Program-made: the position numbers and the translations under genes
Shown: in pieces, positions 41,871-49,768 of the stretch
How the letters are laid out: each line of letters opens with the position of its first letter
Position numbering within the stretch: position 1 is the stretch's first letter
The notes under the pieces: model-generated
The model's input: the letters and a program-made list of their open reading frames with translations, nothing else
Databases searched by the model: none
What the model was told of the DNA's origin: nothing
DNA from: Candidatus Poribacteria bacterium
GTDB lineage: Bacteria; Poribacteria; WGA-4E; PCPOR2b
Length of the DNA: 64,000 nucleotides
Reading direction: 5' to 3'
NCBI GenBank assembly: GCA_965208325.1
Contig: OZ242326.1
Span: 3,200,001-3,264,000 of the forward strand

Positions 41871-42015
41871 CTCGCCGTAAAAATATTTTTGTATTTCAGT
41901 TGAAACAGTATTGAGCAGCTAATTCTGACTCGTTACCGCTTCTCGCACACCCGCCGTAGAGTGTTGAGGTTGATGACAGTTAGTTCAAATCCTCCATGTA
42001 TCGGGAATTTCCAAG

Positions 42016-42045
42016 ATTATACGGAACGGTTATTCGGGTTGTCAA
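42016..42045 (-). promoter_or_regulatory. Consensus sigma70 promoter
   Basis: TTGACA-18 bp-TATAAT on the minus strand. Confidence 0.75.
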
Positions 42046-42270
42046 GAAAAAATGCAGCGGCATGTAAAAAAAGTTTATTATTGGTGAGTGGAGGGTGGTA
42101 ATGGCATTTGCGGTGCGGTGTTTGGGGCGTGATTTAGGGGAGTAGATAATGATTCGGTGTTGAGAGGTTTTTGTGAATTGGGTTGCGGCAACAGTGAAAC
42201 GCGACGTTATTTGGTGGTCGGAAGGTTTTAATGCTGAAGACTATCGTCTTCGCTATTCGCTCAGTTGATC

Positions 42271-42374
42271 GTTGGGTTTCGCTACATCAATTTTGCCAAT
42301 GGTGTCGTATGGTTATTAAGAGTGTGAATTTGCCATTGATGCGGATATGGGATTATCCGCTCTACCCAACCTAC
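42271..42374 (-). repeat. GTAG-type REP-like unit with long variable loop
   Basis: GTTGGGTTTCGCT...CGCTCTACCCAACCTAC; the same ends occur at 43705-43806, 43863-43952 and 44843-44944. Confidence 0.8.
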
Positions 42375-42399
42375 AAGAACTATCGCCAGGTCCGGTATA

Positions 42400-42675
42400 T
42401 TGTTGGCTACAGATATAAACGTGGTCTTGTACGGCAAAAGGTGGACGGGTTTTGACTTGGAATTTTTCCCTTACGACACCATATCGTCAATCGAAATCCG
42501 CAAGGGCTTTGGATCGATATATCGCGTGTCTTTTCGTGTATATTTTGACATAATATATATGAGCAACATTCGTGCCGACAGTTGGTCTGACCATGGGGAT
42601 GTAACGCATTTTGTTGAAATCGTAAAGCGCATGATTATGGGGGATAGCCCCGTAAAGAGCCCAATCGGATTCTGA
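42400..42675 (+). pseudogene. 5'-truncated bacterial PH-domain-like gene
   Basis: LATD..VVLYGKRWTGFDLEFFPYDTISSIEIRKG resembles bacterial PH domains; no RBS, and it begins right after a REP-like unit. Confidence 0.5.
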
Positions 42676-42836
42676 ACAGGATTAGTTTGAACGATGTAGA
42701 ACACTCGCACAGCTGAAATCGGAAAGAAAAAATACTGGCGGAGAGTACGAATTATTTGAAAAGAAACTATTGACTATGTAAGGCATGAAGGCATTAAAAG
42801 AAACTTTTGTCTTTAAACCAAATTGGAGGATTTCAA

Positions 42837-43595
42837 ATGTTTAGCACACAACATTGGCAGATTAAATTGGTATATGCCGGGTTCGGCGGGTTTTTGATGC
42901 TTGTCGGGATGTTGTTTTCGCCGGTTACGGCGCTTAGAGACAGAAAATTTGGGGATATTGAATGCACTAGCTTAACCGTCGTTGATGCGGATGGGGGTGA
43001 AGGCTTGTTGCTCAATGTCTCAGAATATGGCGGGCGAATCTTCGTGGGCGGAAATGACGGGGTGTCGTCGGCCTTTCTTACCATCAACGAAAATGGTGGG
43101 CATGTGCTTGTCCAAGGGAACGATGGGAAATCCGGCGTTTTTCTTAATGGACTGGATAAGAGCGGCGGTGGCGGGGCTGTTTCCGTACTGAGCAGCGATG
43201 GGAAACATGGAGTTGCCCTTGGCGGTATGGATAAGAGCGGCAGCGGTGGGTGGGTTACTGTGCAGGGCAAAGATGGGAATTCGGGAGTCTTTCTTAGCGG
43301 CATGGATAAGAGCGGCGGTGGCGGGTCTGTTTCTGTACAGAGCAGCGACGGGAAACCGGGAGTTGCTCTTAGCGGTATGGATAAGAGCGGCAGCGGTGGG
43401 TGGGTTACTGTGCAGGGCAAAGATGGGAGAGCAGTGGTGATGCTCAGCACAAATGACCATGGTGGGCTTGTCTCTTCCCATAGCAAAGATCGGCAATCGT
43501 CGGTAGCGCTTGGCATCAATGAGCATGGAGCATATGGGAAGATAAAAGGCGGTGGCGCTGAGTTTGTATGGGACAAGGATGGGTATCGACAGTGA
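42837..43595 (+). CDS. Secreted or membrane-anchored glycine-rich beta-repeat protein
   Basis: GGAGG RBS; N-terminal hydrophobic segment; four 25-aa tandem units (DKSG-x-GG-x-V-x-V...DG). Confidence 0.8.
   Translation: MFSTQHWQIKLVYAGFGGFLMLVGMLFSPVTALRDRKFGDIECTSLTVVDADGGEGLLLNVSEYGGRIFVGGNDGVSSAFLTINENGGHVLVQGNDGKSGVFLNGLDKSGGGGAVSVLSSDGKHGVALGGMDKSGSGGWVTVQGKDGNSGVFLSGMDKSGGGGSVSVQSSDGKPGVALSGMDKSGSGGWVTVQGKDGRAVVMLSTNDHGGLVSSHSKDRQSSVALGINEHGAYGKIKGGGAEFVWDKDGYRQ
43153..43428 (+). repeat. Intragenic tandem repeat, 75-nt period (A-B-A-B)
   Basis: TGGATAAGAGCGGC at 43153, 43228, 43303 and 43378. Confidence 0.9.
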
Positions 43596-43697
43596 AGACC
43601 AGTGGAGAGTGGCTAGTTGCCAGTGGTCAGAGAAAACTGTCCACTATTCCTAATTTAAGGTGGATTTCGAATGAATACGAAACACTATTTGGTTATA

Positions 43698-43959
43698 AGC
43701 TCTTGTAGGTTGGGTTGAGCGGTGTTAACGAATCAACGCATGTATGCCGCGTGTGTTATGAGTTTTGGTAGTGTTCAAAAATTGACCAGGTGAAGCGTAA
43801 CCCAACGTTTTTTGTTAAATGCGAAATGTATCGCTGACCAGCGATTGTAGTAAACGAAAAGCGTTGGGTTTCGCTTGGCGTATTTTTGAGCCACGTCGTA
43901 CAGAATCGTGACGCAGGAATGCTTTTGGAATTATTCGATTAACCCAACATACAAGAGCT
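43698..43959. repeat. REPIN-like doublet of two inverted long-loop REP units
   Basis: Ends AGCTCTTGTAGGTTGGGTT / AACCCAACATACAAGAGCT are inverted repeats matching at 18 of 19 positions. Confidence 0.75.
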
Positions 43960-44003
43960 CTAAACGGTTATGTATCAAAGAGAAGGTGTAAAAGTCGGAA
44001 CGG

Positions 44004-44246
44004 TTATCTGAAGGGAGGAATGTCGGTGGGCAAACCCACTCGCATGAAAAAACGGGCAAAAGCTTGATAGAGATGTTCTCGGTTCGGGGGAAGTAATCGA
44101 ATACGGTTTGGGGTTTTTGCGGCGAACTCTCTGGTAAAATCTAGCGGCAGCGAGTAAGTGCGGCAAAAATCAGCAACGCTGAATGCTCGTTCTGCATTCG
44201 TTAAAGAATTTAGTGTTAGATTGGAGGGCGGAGAATTACCGGACAA
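44004..44246 (-). pseudogene. C-terminal fragment of a conserved uncharacterised protein family
   Basis: DF...YSLP.DF..EFA....RIRLLPP.REHL.QAFARFFMRVGLP.DIPPF C-terminal motif; N-terminus missing. Confidence 0.6.
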
Positions 44247-44336
44247 CTCTATAGGCTGCCTCCTCGCACTAATTCATCGCCATTTACTAAGCAATACCAA
44301 GGTTATGTTTATTCCAAGACAGGAATAAAAGTCAAT

Positions 44337-44662
44337 TTATTGCTCTTCCCAAAAATTTTCAATGGGAAATGGTTTACTTCGTCCTTTGTATTTTAATTTA
44401 ACTCGAATTGTACCGGAAGGACGCGGTGGGGGAGTAGTTATGGCAACTTCCCAGTCCAGAATGTCCTCGTCATCGACAAAGCGAGGAATAAGATATTGTT
44501 GAGAATCTGAAACATTTTGGGCGATTCCAGACTCAATTTCTCCCTCAAATTGTAATTCATGCGATGTGCTTGTATGTTGGACGGAATGGATTGAAATTCT
44601 AGCTCCTATTTTTCGGCAAAGGATTTGATTGACTTTCTCTTTTGCAAAAAACCTTGATATTT
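44337..44662 (-). pseudogene. Frameshifted partner gene of the 44004..44246 fragment
   Basis: Open frame with no start codon near its 5' end, ending DDEDILDWEVAITTPPPRPSGTIRVKLKYKGRSKPFPIENFWEEQ*; a T6 run near 44646-44651 is a plausible frameshift site. Confidence 0.45.
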
Positions 44663-44842
44663 CTTAATTGTAACAAGAGTTGTAGAGTTTGTGCAATGAT
44701 ATAGAGGTTCGTTAAAAAACAGAACGGAAGAAAACGTAAACCAGCAACAACCTTATCCACCCAACGAATGCCGCTTGTGTTCCGGAAATTCCGAACGCTA
44801 AACAGCCATCTCACGACACCATCAGAATGAGACATGAATAAC

Positions 44843-44944
44843 GTTGGGTTTCGCTACACAGTAACAAGTTTCAGACCGCATTAGCGCCCGGAACCGATTC
44901 TACCTATGTTATGTGTTTCATGAATGCCGCTCTACCCAACCTAC
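44843..44944 (-). repeat. Long-loop REP-like unit
   Basis: GTTGGGTTTCGCTACA...CGCTCTACCCAACCTAC. Confidence 0.8.
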
Positions 44945-44950
44945 AAAAGC

Positions 44951-45982
44951 TTATAGCCACTGCTTAAGCGCGGAATCTGCGGGATCGTCTCCTTCACGGC
45001 CCAATCGTATTTTTACCGTCGCTCCGGCGCGGCGCAACGCTCGCGTCAAATTACTGGTCGCCGTTTTGCCAGCTTTGTCCATGTCGGGGAATATCACGGG
45101 ATTACGCGCCGAGATGTGCTTTATTAGGGACGGGTGATTCGTGAGTTTGCTGAAGGTCGTGAGCGTAGCGATGACCGCTCCGGGTTCTCTTTCATAGATA
45201 GCGAGGGCGTCATTTACTCCTTCGCAGATGTTGATGTTGCTACTGTCTGGGTTTCCGCTGACGAAAATCCCACAACCGTTGACTCGTCCGTAGGTTCTTT
45301 TATTAACTGTGTTCCATCTTTCAGGTGTTCGCTTTTCACCTAGGGAGCCGATTGCGATGACGTGCACCGCTTGGGGAGCAGGTATCTTTGGGAACGCGTC
45401 AATCCAGCGATCGAATGTCGCGACGCAACACACGACTAAGCGCTTCCTAGCGTGAAATCGGACGGAGTGCGGCATCGGCATTTTTGACGGGAGCAGCCCA
45501 TGGCTCCACCGGCGTACGGGGTGCTCAAATTCCGCTGGCGCCGGGAGGGCATTATTCCAAAGGGTTAATCCGTATTCTAGCTGCCCGGTGTTGTGAGGCG
45601 GTTTAGCAATCGGGGGAGCGGCTTTTGGTTGCGGTTTTGTACGGCGCGGCTGGGGCGAGGTATGGTTTCCGGGGAGGAAATCGTTGTCCCTTAGCCACTG
45701 GATTGCCTCGTCACGGTTCCCCAAACCTTCGCAGTGCTCCACCATGGCAATCACGCCGCCGGTGACGCCGTTCTCATAGTCGGAAAATTTTCCATTTTCA
45801 AGGTAGAGCGCGAAACTGCCCTTGGTTCCCCATCGCCATTCCTTGTCGGATTTCGTTCGGGGCTCGCCCTTGAGGCGCAGGGCGACTTCGGGCGCTATTG
45901 CGTTCCAGTCAATTTGGTTGCCGAGTTGCGTTGATGATTGATGTCGATGGTGATGTGATCTGTTGCTTGTTGACTTATCCAT
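44951..45982 (-). CDS. Toprim-domain primase-like protein of phage/satellite/plasmid type
   Basis: EWRWGTKGSF..YL..G.FSDYE.G..GG N-terminal module; toprim ICEGVNDALAI and IFPDMDKAG (DxD). Confidence 0.8.
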   Translation of the reverse strand: MDKSTSNRSHHHRHQSSTQLGNQIDWNAIAPEVALRLKGEPRTKSDKEWRWGTKGSFALYLENGKFSDYENGVTGGVIAMVEHCEGLGNRDEAIQWLRDNDFLPGNHTSPQPRRTKPQPKAAPPIAKPPHNTGQLEYGLTLWNNALPAPAEFEHPVRRWSHGLLPSKMPMPHSVRFHARKRLVVCCVATFDRWIDAFPKIPAPQAVHVIAIGSLGEKRTPERWNTVNKRTYGRVNGCGIFVSGNPDSSNINICEGVNDALAIYEREPGAVIATLTTFSKLTNHPSLIKHISARNPVIFPDMDKAGKTATSNLTRALRRAGATVKIRLGREGDDPADSALKQWL

Positions 45983-47231
45983 TCACGGAATCCTCTTGTA
46001 TCTGAGGCGGTTCTTCTGGTTGTAGCATGGTGGCGATGTCTTGAGGGAGTTTTACGCGATATCTTTGTTCGAAGTTCTTTACGCCTTTATGCCGGAAGGC
46101 ATCGACAATGTCGTAACCTCTCTCCGTGGCGGTCAGTAAATCCGATTGGGCACTGTCCCATTTTTCCAATTTTAACCATTCGACACCGCGGTAATAATAA
46201 ATTTTGGCAAGAAAGTTGGGATTTAGTGATATCGCACTGGTGTAATCCATTAAACTACGTTCATGGTCATTCACAAGGGAGTAGAGACCACCACGCATCA
46301 TGTATGCATAGGCGTAATCATCTTTTAAATAGAGAGCTTTGGTTACGGTCTCAACAGCACGTTTGATTTTGAGCATTTTAGCGTAACATAGGGCTTGATT
46401 TGCGTAAATTGTAGCGTCATATGGAGAATATTGAATTGCTGCTGTGTAGGCATTAATTAGCGGTAAAACCGTTTGGTTTCTTTCATCTATAGACGCGGGT
46501 AGGGACGCAATCATGTCGCTCAATGTTTTGTCCGCTGGATAAAGCGGTCTTTTCGGTCCGTCCGACCAATTCAGGTTTCGATGGCGTATGAATCCTTGTA
46601 GGTCATTGAAGATTGTTTGAGCAGATATGTTTTCGAATTTCCAAAGGTGAATCAAAATCCACTGTTTAAGGTGGGATGGTACTATAAGGGTGGTAATGTC
46701 TTCTAAATTAATGTAACCGTTCGACGGTTGGGCGAACACACTCTTTTGTGCGAGCACGCGGTTTTTCGGACTTTGAGGTTTCCGAATATTGTATTTGTCT
46801 TTTGTTTTATCTGTTGTTTTCAGTAGGATAATTCTGCCATCTTTGTCATGAAAGCCGTTGCACGCGAAAAAGAGGGCGATTCGGTAGTCGGTAGTAAAAT
46901 CAATCAGATTTGTGTCATTACCGTAAAGTTGAAGTTCAGTGAATATTTCAAAATTCTCTTTGTTTTCGTACGCTGGGATGTAGCGTCTGACTTGGTTTAG
47001 GATTCCTTGCTCTAGGTGTCGGATAGGGACTTTGCCTGATTTTGAGACGACAGGGGCAGACCGGTAGAGGGTGGAAGAGACCTTGCCCCAATATGGTTCT
47101 TCATCATAGGTTTCAGGTTCACCTCGGTAGATGCGGTCGGCGCTGCCTAATTGTCCCGCTATTTTGTCAGTAATTTTGGTCAACCCGGCAAGGTAGTAGC
47201 TTTGAGGATTTGTCGATCGTGGAGTGCTCAT
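45975..47231 (-). CDS. FRG domain + TPR repeat protein
   Basis: IYRGE, ELQLYG..TNLIDFT.D..IALFFAC, NRV.AQKSVF; C-terminal TPRs (AY..RG..Y, YYYRG..W). Confidence 0.85.
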   Translation of the reverse strand: MSTPRSTNPQSYYLAGLTKITDKIAGQLGSADRIYRGEPETYDEEPYWGKVSSTLYRSAPVVSKSGKVPIRHLEQGILNQVRRYIPAYENKENFEIFTELQLYGNDTNLIDFTTDYRIALFFACNGFHDKDGRIILLKTTDKTKDKYNIRKPQSPKNRVLAQKSVFAQPSNGYINLEDITTLIVPSHLKQWILIHLWKFENISAQTIFNDLQGFIRHRNLNWSDGPKRPLYPADKTLSDMIASLPASIDERNQTVLPLINAYTAAIQYSPYDATIYANQALCYAKMLKIKRAVETVTKALYLKDDYAYAYMMRGGLYSLVNDHERSLMDYTSAISLNPNFLAKIYYYRGVEWLKLEKWDSAQSDLLTATERGYDIVDAFRHKGVKNFEQRYRVKLPQDIATMLQPEEPPQIQEDSVNG

Positions 47232-47303
47232 TATGGTGCTCCAAAGCCAAGCATATAGCTCTTCTATTTATGTTGCGAGTTCAGCGTACAAGGTTGGGTA
47301 AAC

Positions 47304-47349
47304 AAAAAAAGGGCATCAGTGCACTTAGACTGTACAAACCGATACCCTT
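47304..47349 (-). terminator. Intrinsic terminator 73 nt upstream of the FRG-TPR start
   Basis: Minus-strand AAGGGUAUCGG/CUGAUGCCCUU stem, whose G-U pairs form only on this strand, followed by a U run. Confidence 0.7.
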
Positions 47350-47370
47350 GAAAAGCAATGGGGGAAAAAC

Positions 47371-47400
47371 TTGACACTTTATATTTAGGTATGCTAAAAT
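47371..47400 (+). promoter_or_regulatory. Sigma70 promoter of a candidate small RNA
   Basis: TTGACA-18 bp-TAAAAT with extended -10 TG. Confidence 0.7.
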
Positions 47401-47406
47401 AATCCA

Positions 47407-47500
47407 TACGTTTGATTTAATTCCTTACTCGTTTTTTCGCCCCTAAACGAGAAAACGACTTTGCCCTAGCTGGTTGACCGCCGGTTAGGGCATTTTTTTT
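47407..47500 (+). ncRNA. Candidate ~95-nt two-hairpin antisense small RNA
   Basis: Promoter, then hairpin 47430-47457 (10 bp, loop CCCCUAAA), then terminator hairpin 47462-47492 (12 bp) + U8; no ORF. Confidence 0.55.
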
Positions 47501-47566
47501 CGCTTGAAAAGCTATTGGATAGGCATGGTATGTGAAACAAAGATCTGTTAGGTGCGAAGTCCGCCT

Positions 47567-47959
47567 TTATTGTTCACTCTTGTTTTTGCGTGAAATGCGA
47601 AACGCTTTGAATATTGGTGAAGAGTAGTAACTTTCAATTAGATCTTTCCCCGGCATGTTCGGCAAGAACAGGTAAGCAATGCCAAGTATAACGAACACGG
47701 CCGCGATTATAGCGAAGCCATTTTCTATCCAGTGCCATACAGGATAAAAGAAGGAGCCAGGTACACAATTGGTGTTTATCACGTCGAATAAACCTATCAT
47801 GAAGAAGCACGTTATTGCTACCTTAATTATCGTTTTGCGATGAAGCGTAATTTTGAAGCGTCCGAAGCGTCCAATGAGGTGCAAACCGGCATATAGCAAG
47901 CCAATCAGGGCTAGCAACGTTACAAATAAAAATGCCAAAAATCCGAAGCGAATTGTCAT
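47567..47959 (-). CDS. Hypothetical membrane protein
   Basis: GGAG RBS; three hydrophobic segments. Confidence 0.7.
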   Translation of the reverse strand: MTIRFGFLAFLFVTLLALIGLLYAGLHLIGRFGRFKITLHRKTIIKVAITCFFMIGLFDVINTNCVPGSFFYPVWHWIENGFAIIAAVFVILGIAYLFLPNMPGKDLIESYYSSPIFKAFRISRKNKSEQ

Positions 47960-48003
47960 CGTATTGCTCCGCTAGTTACTCGTTTGGATACTCCTGCGGT
48001 TTG

Positions 48004-48276
48004 CTAAGTTTGTGTACGATCGTCAATTCCTTCGGCAGGTGTCGTGTTTGGTTCGGGTCTCGGCGCGGGCGTATTGGTATCTGTGTTACCGTCATTGCTC
48101 AACTCACGCTTGATTAGCTCTCCGACCATGCTGTTTATCAAGTGGCCGTTCCGGAAGGCGTTACGCTTAAAGTCGTCGTAAATATCCGACTCAATTGAGA
48201 ACACGTACTGCTTGCAAGCGGTTTGGCGCGGATTTTGCCGGTACCACTTTCGCGTCTTCGTATCCTTCGCTGGCAC
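48004..48276 (-). CDS. Small putative DNA-binding (ribbon-helix-helix-like) protein
   Basis: GGGAGG RBS before GTG; YVFSIESDIYDDFK..A...G..IN.MV.ELI.REL pattern. Confidence 0.5.
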   Translation of the reverse strand: MPAKDTKTRKWYRQNPRQTACKQYVFSIESDIYDDFKRNAFRNGHLINSMVGELIKRELSNDGNTDTNTPAPRPEPNTTPAEGIDDRTQT

Positions 48277-48344
48277 GGTAACCGCCTCCCTAGGCTGCCG
48301 GTTCTGCGGCGATGAATTGTTACACCAAATATAACGTGATAGAA

Positions 48345-48373
48345 ATCATATAATTACTCTCATCGGTTGTCAA
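48345..48373 (-). promoter_or_regulatory. Sigma70 promoter
   Basis: TTGACA-17 bp-TATGAT upstream of 48004..48276. Confidence 0.65.
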
Positions 48374-48754
48374 GGATTTTTCTGTATGCTTACTTTCAAG
48401 AATGCAAGAGTCTTGGAAATCTTGAAAGAGACGCCGGCGTGACGGAGAGGAAGTGATTAGTTATGCAAATACCTAGTGCGCGAATGCTTGAAATCATCAA
48501 TTGTTACTTTCAAGGTTTCAAAATGTAAAGGATGGTTGAAATCTTGAAAGCAAATGCTACTTTTAGCCGCAGGCGTTGTGTGCGCGGCATGAACAATTGC
48601 GTTATCTGAAGCGTTGTTCTTCACTTTGAGCGGTATGCGCCAGCAGTGGCGAGTGCGGAGACGGTTCCGATAAACAGACCCACCAGAACAGCTATTGTTA
48701 TCATGTGGACATTTCCCACGATTGCCGCACACACTCCCCCCAATACTGCGCCAC

Positions 48755-48985
48755 TCAAGGGGGGATGACAAAGGCATACCTCACTTTTTCATGTTCGATA
48801 GCCCATGAGATTCCAAAAATTAGACCAATAACAAAACTCCAGCCTATTACTACTTCGTCGTCTCCATAAAGGTCGCCATCCAATACGACTTCAAAAGTAA
48901 ACAGAAACACCAATCCCGCTAGAAAGCCTCCCATGGTGCAAGTGACGATCTTGGGAACAATTCGAGACAGACAGCGAATTGTCAT
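48755..48985 (-). CDS. Small two-TM membrane protein
   Basis: GAGAGGA RBS; two hydrophobic helices. Confidence 0.55.
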   Translation of the reverse strand: MTIRCLSRIVPKIVTCTMGGFLAGLVFLFTFEVVLDGDLYGDDEVVIGWSFVIGLIFGISWAIEHEKVRYAFVIPP

Positions 48986-49768
48986 TAAAATTTATCCTCT
49001 CTTGCTTGCCGAATTTACTCTGTCACGCCGGGTTTGTTAAGGCTTAACGATTTGCTATCTTGGATATGGAGCGCTCCCAGCTAGCAAATTGTAAAATTGT
49101 GAATATGACGCAGTGTGTATGGCCGCTTGGATTCTTCAATCTTTGCTTTAGGTTGGGTTGAACGGCAGTTTGTGGAAGATTACATGTGGTAGATAATCTC
49201 TAGCGGGATAGAGAGTCCCACGCATTAACACGTATGGAAAACGCCCGATGCGCATCCGTGATAAAATGTGAAAGGATTCCTCTCGGTTCGCAGCGTAGGA
49301 CCTCTTTGAGTGTGCTAACCAGATTGAGCGCGCCCAACTGACTCCCTGCTCATCAGGCTACCCAACTGCCTGCATCCTACCACGTTGTGCCATCCCAATG
49401 AACGCCTTAGCAAGTGCTTTATTTCCAGCATCTCCCTGAATCATTGCCTTAATTGAGGGCTTGGCTCTTTTGCCGCCATTGTCTTTCTTCGTGCAGCAAG
49501 AAGTTATGTAATTTCACAGTAACGTATTCACATGTTATTTGCGTAATCCGATGAAAGTCAGTCCCAGACTGCGTTTACGCACTTTTTCTGTCTGTGAAAA
49601 TACTAGCATTTGGTTCAAGGTACTGTGAAAACTGTGAAAAATTAAAAAGTCTCTCGCTTATTTTTGCCATTCCCAACCGCGTCCCGGTAAAAGCGAATAA
49701 TGCGCTGTTTTGGTTGAATTCTGCCCCTACACGTGCCCCCAAACAACCGAATGTACCCGATTCTAATC

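Noticed and set aside
41975..41998. tRNA T-loop-like GTTCAAATC
   Set aside because: No flanking stem or cloverleaf.
42833..43576. 247-aa minus-strand ORF
   Set aside because: Antisense shadow of the repeat-rich + strand gene, which has the RBS and signal-like N-terminus.
40465..44836. Degenerate similarity between about 40465-40526 and 44767-44836 (CGACACCATC...TGAGACAT) as island boundary repeats
   Set aside because: Too diverged, and the second copy is internal to the island, so it cannot be supported as an att pair.
48457..48777. 106-aa Cys/His-rich ORF
   Set aside because: No RBS or family motif; composition is not convincingly coding.
47948..48985. Two small membrane genes both starting ATGACAATTCGC (MTIR)
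   Set aside because: Identity is limited to 12 bp with no further similarity; probably chance.
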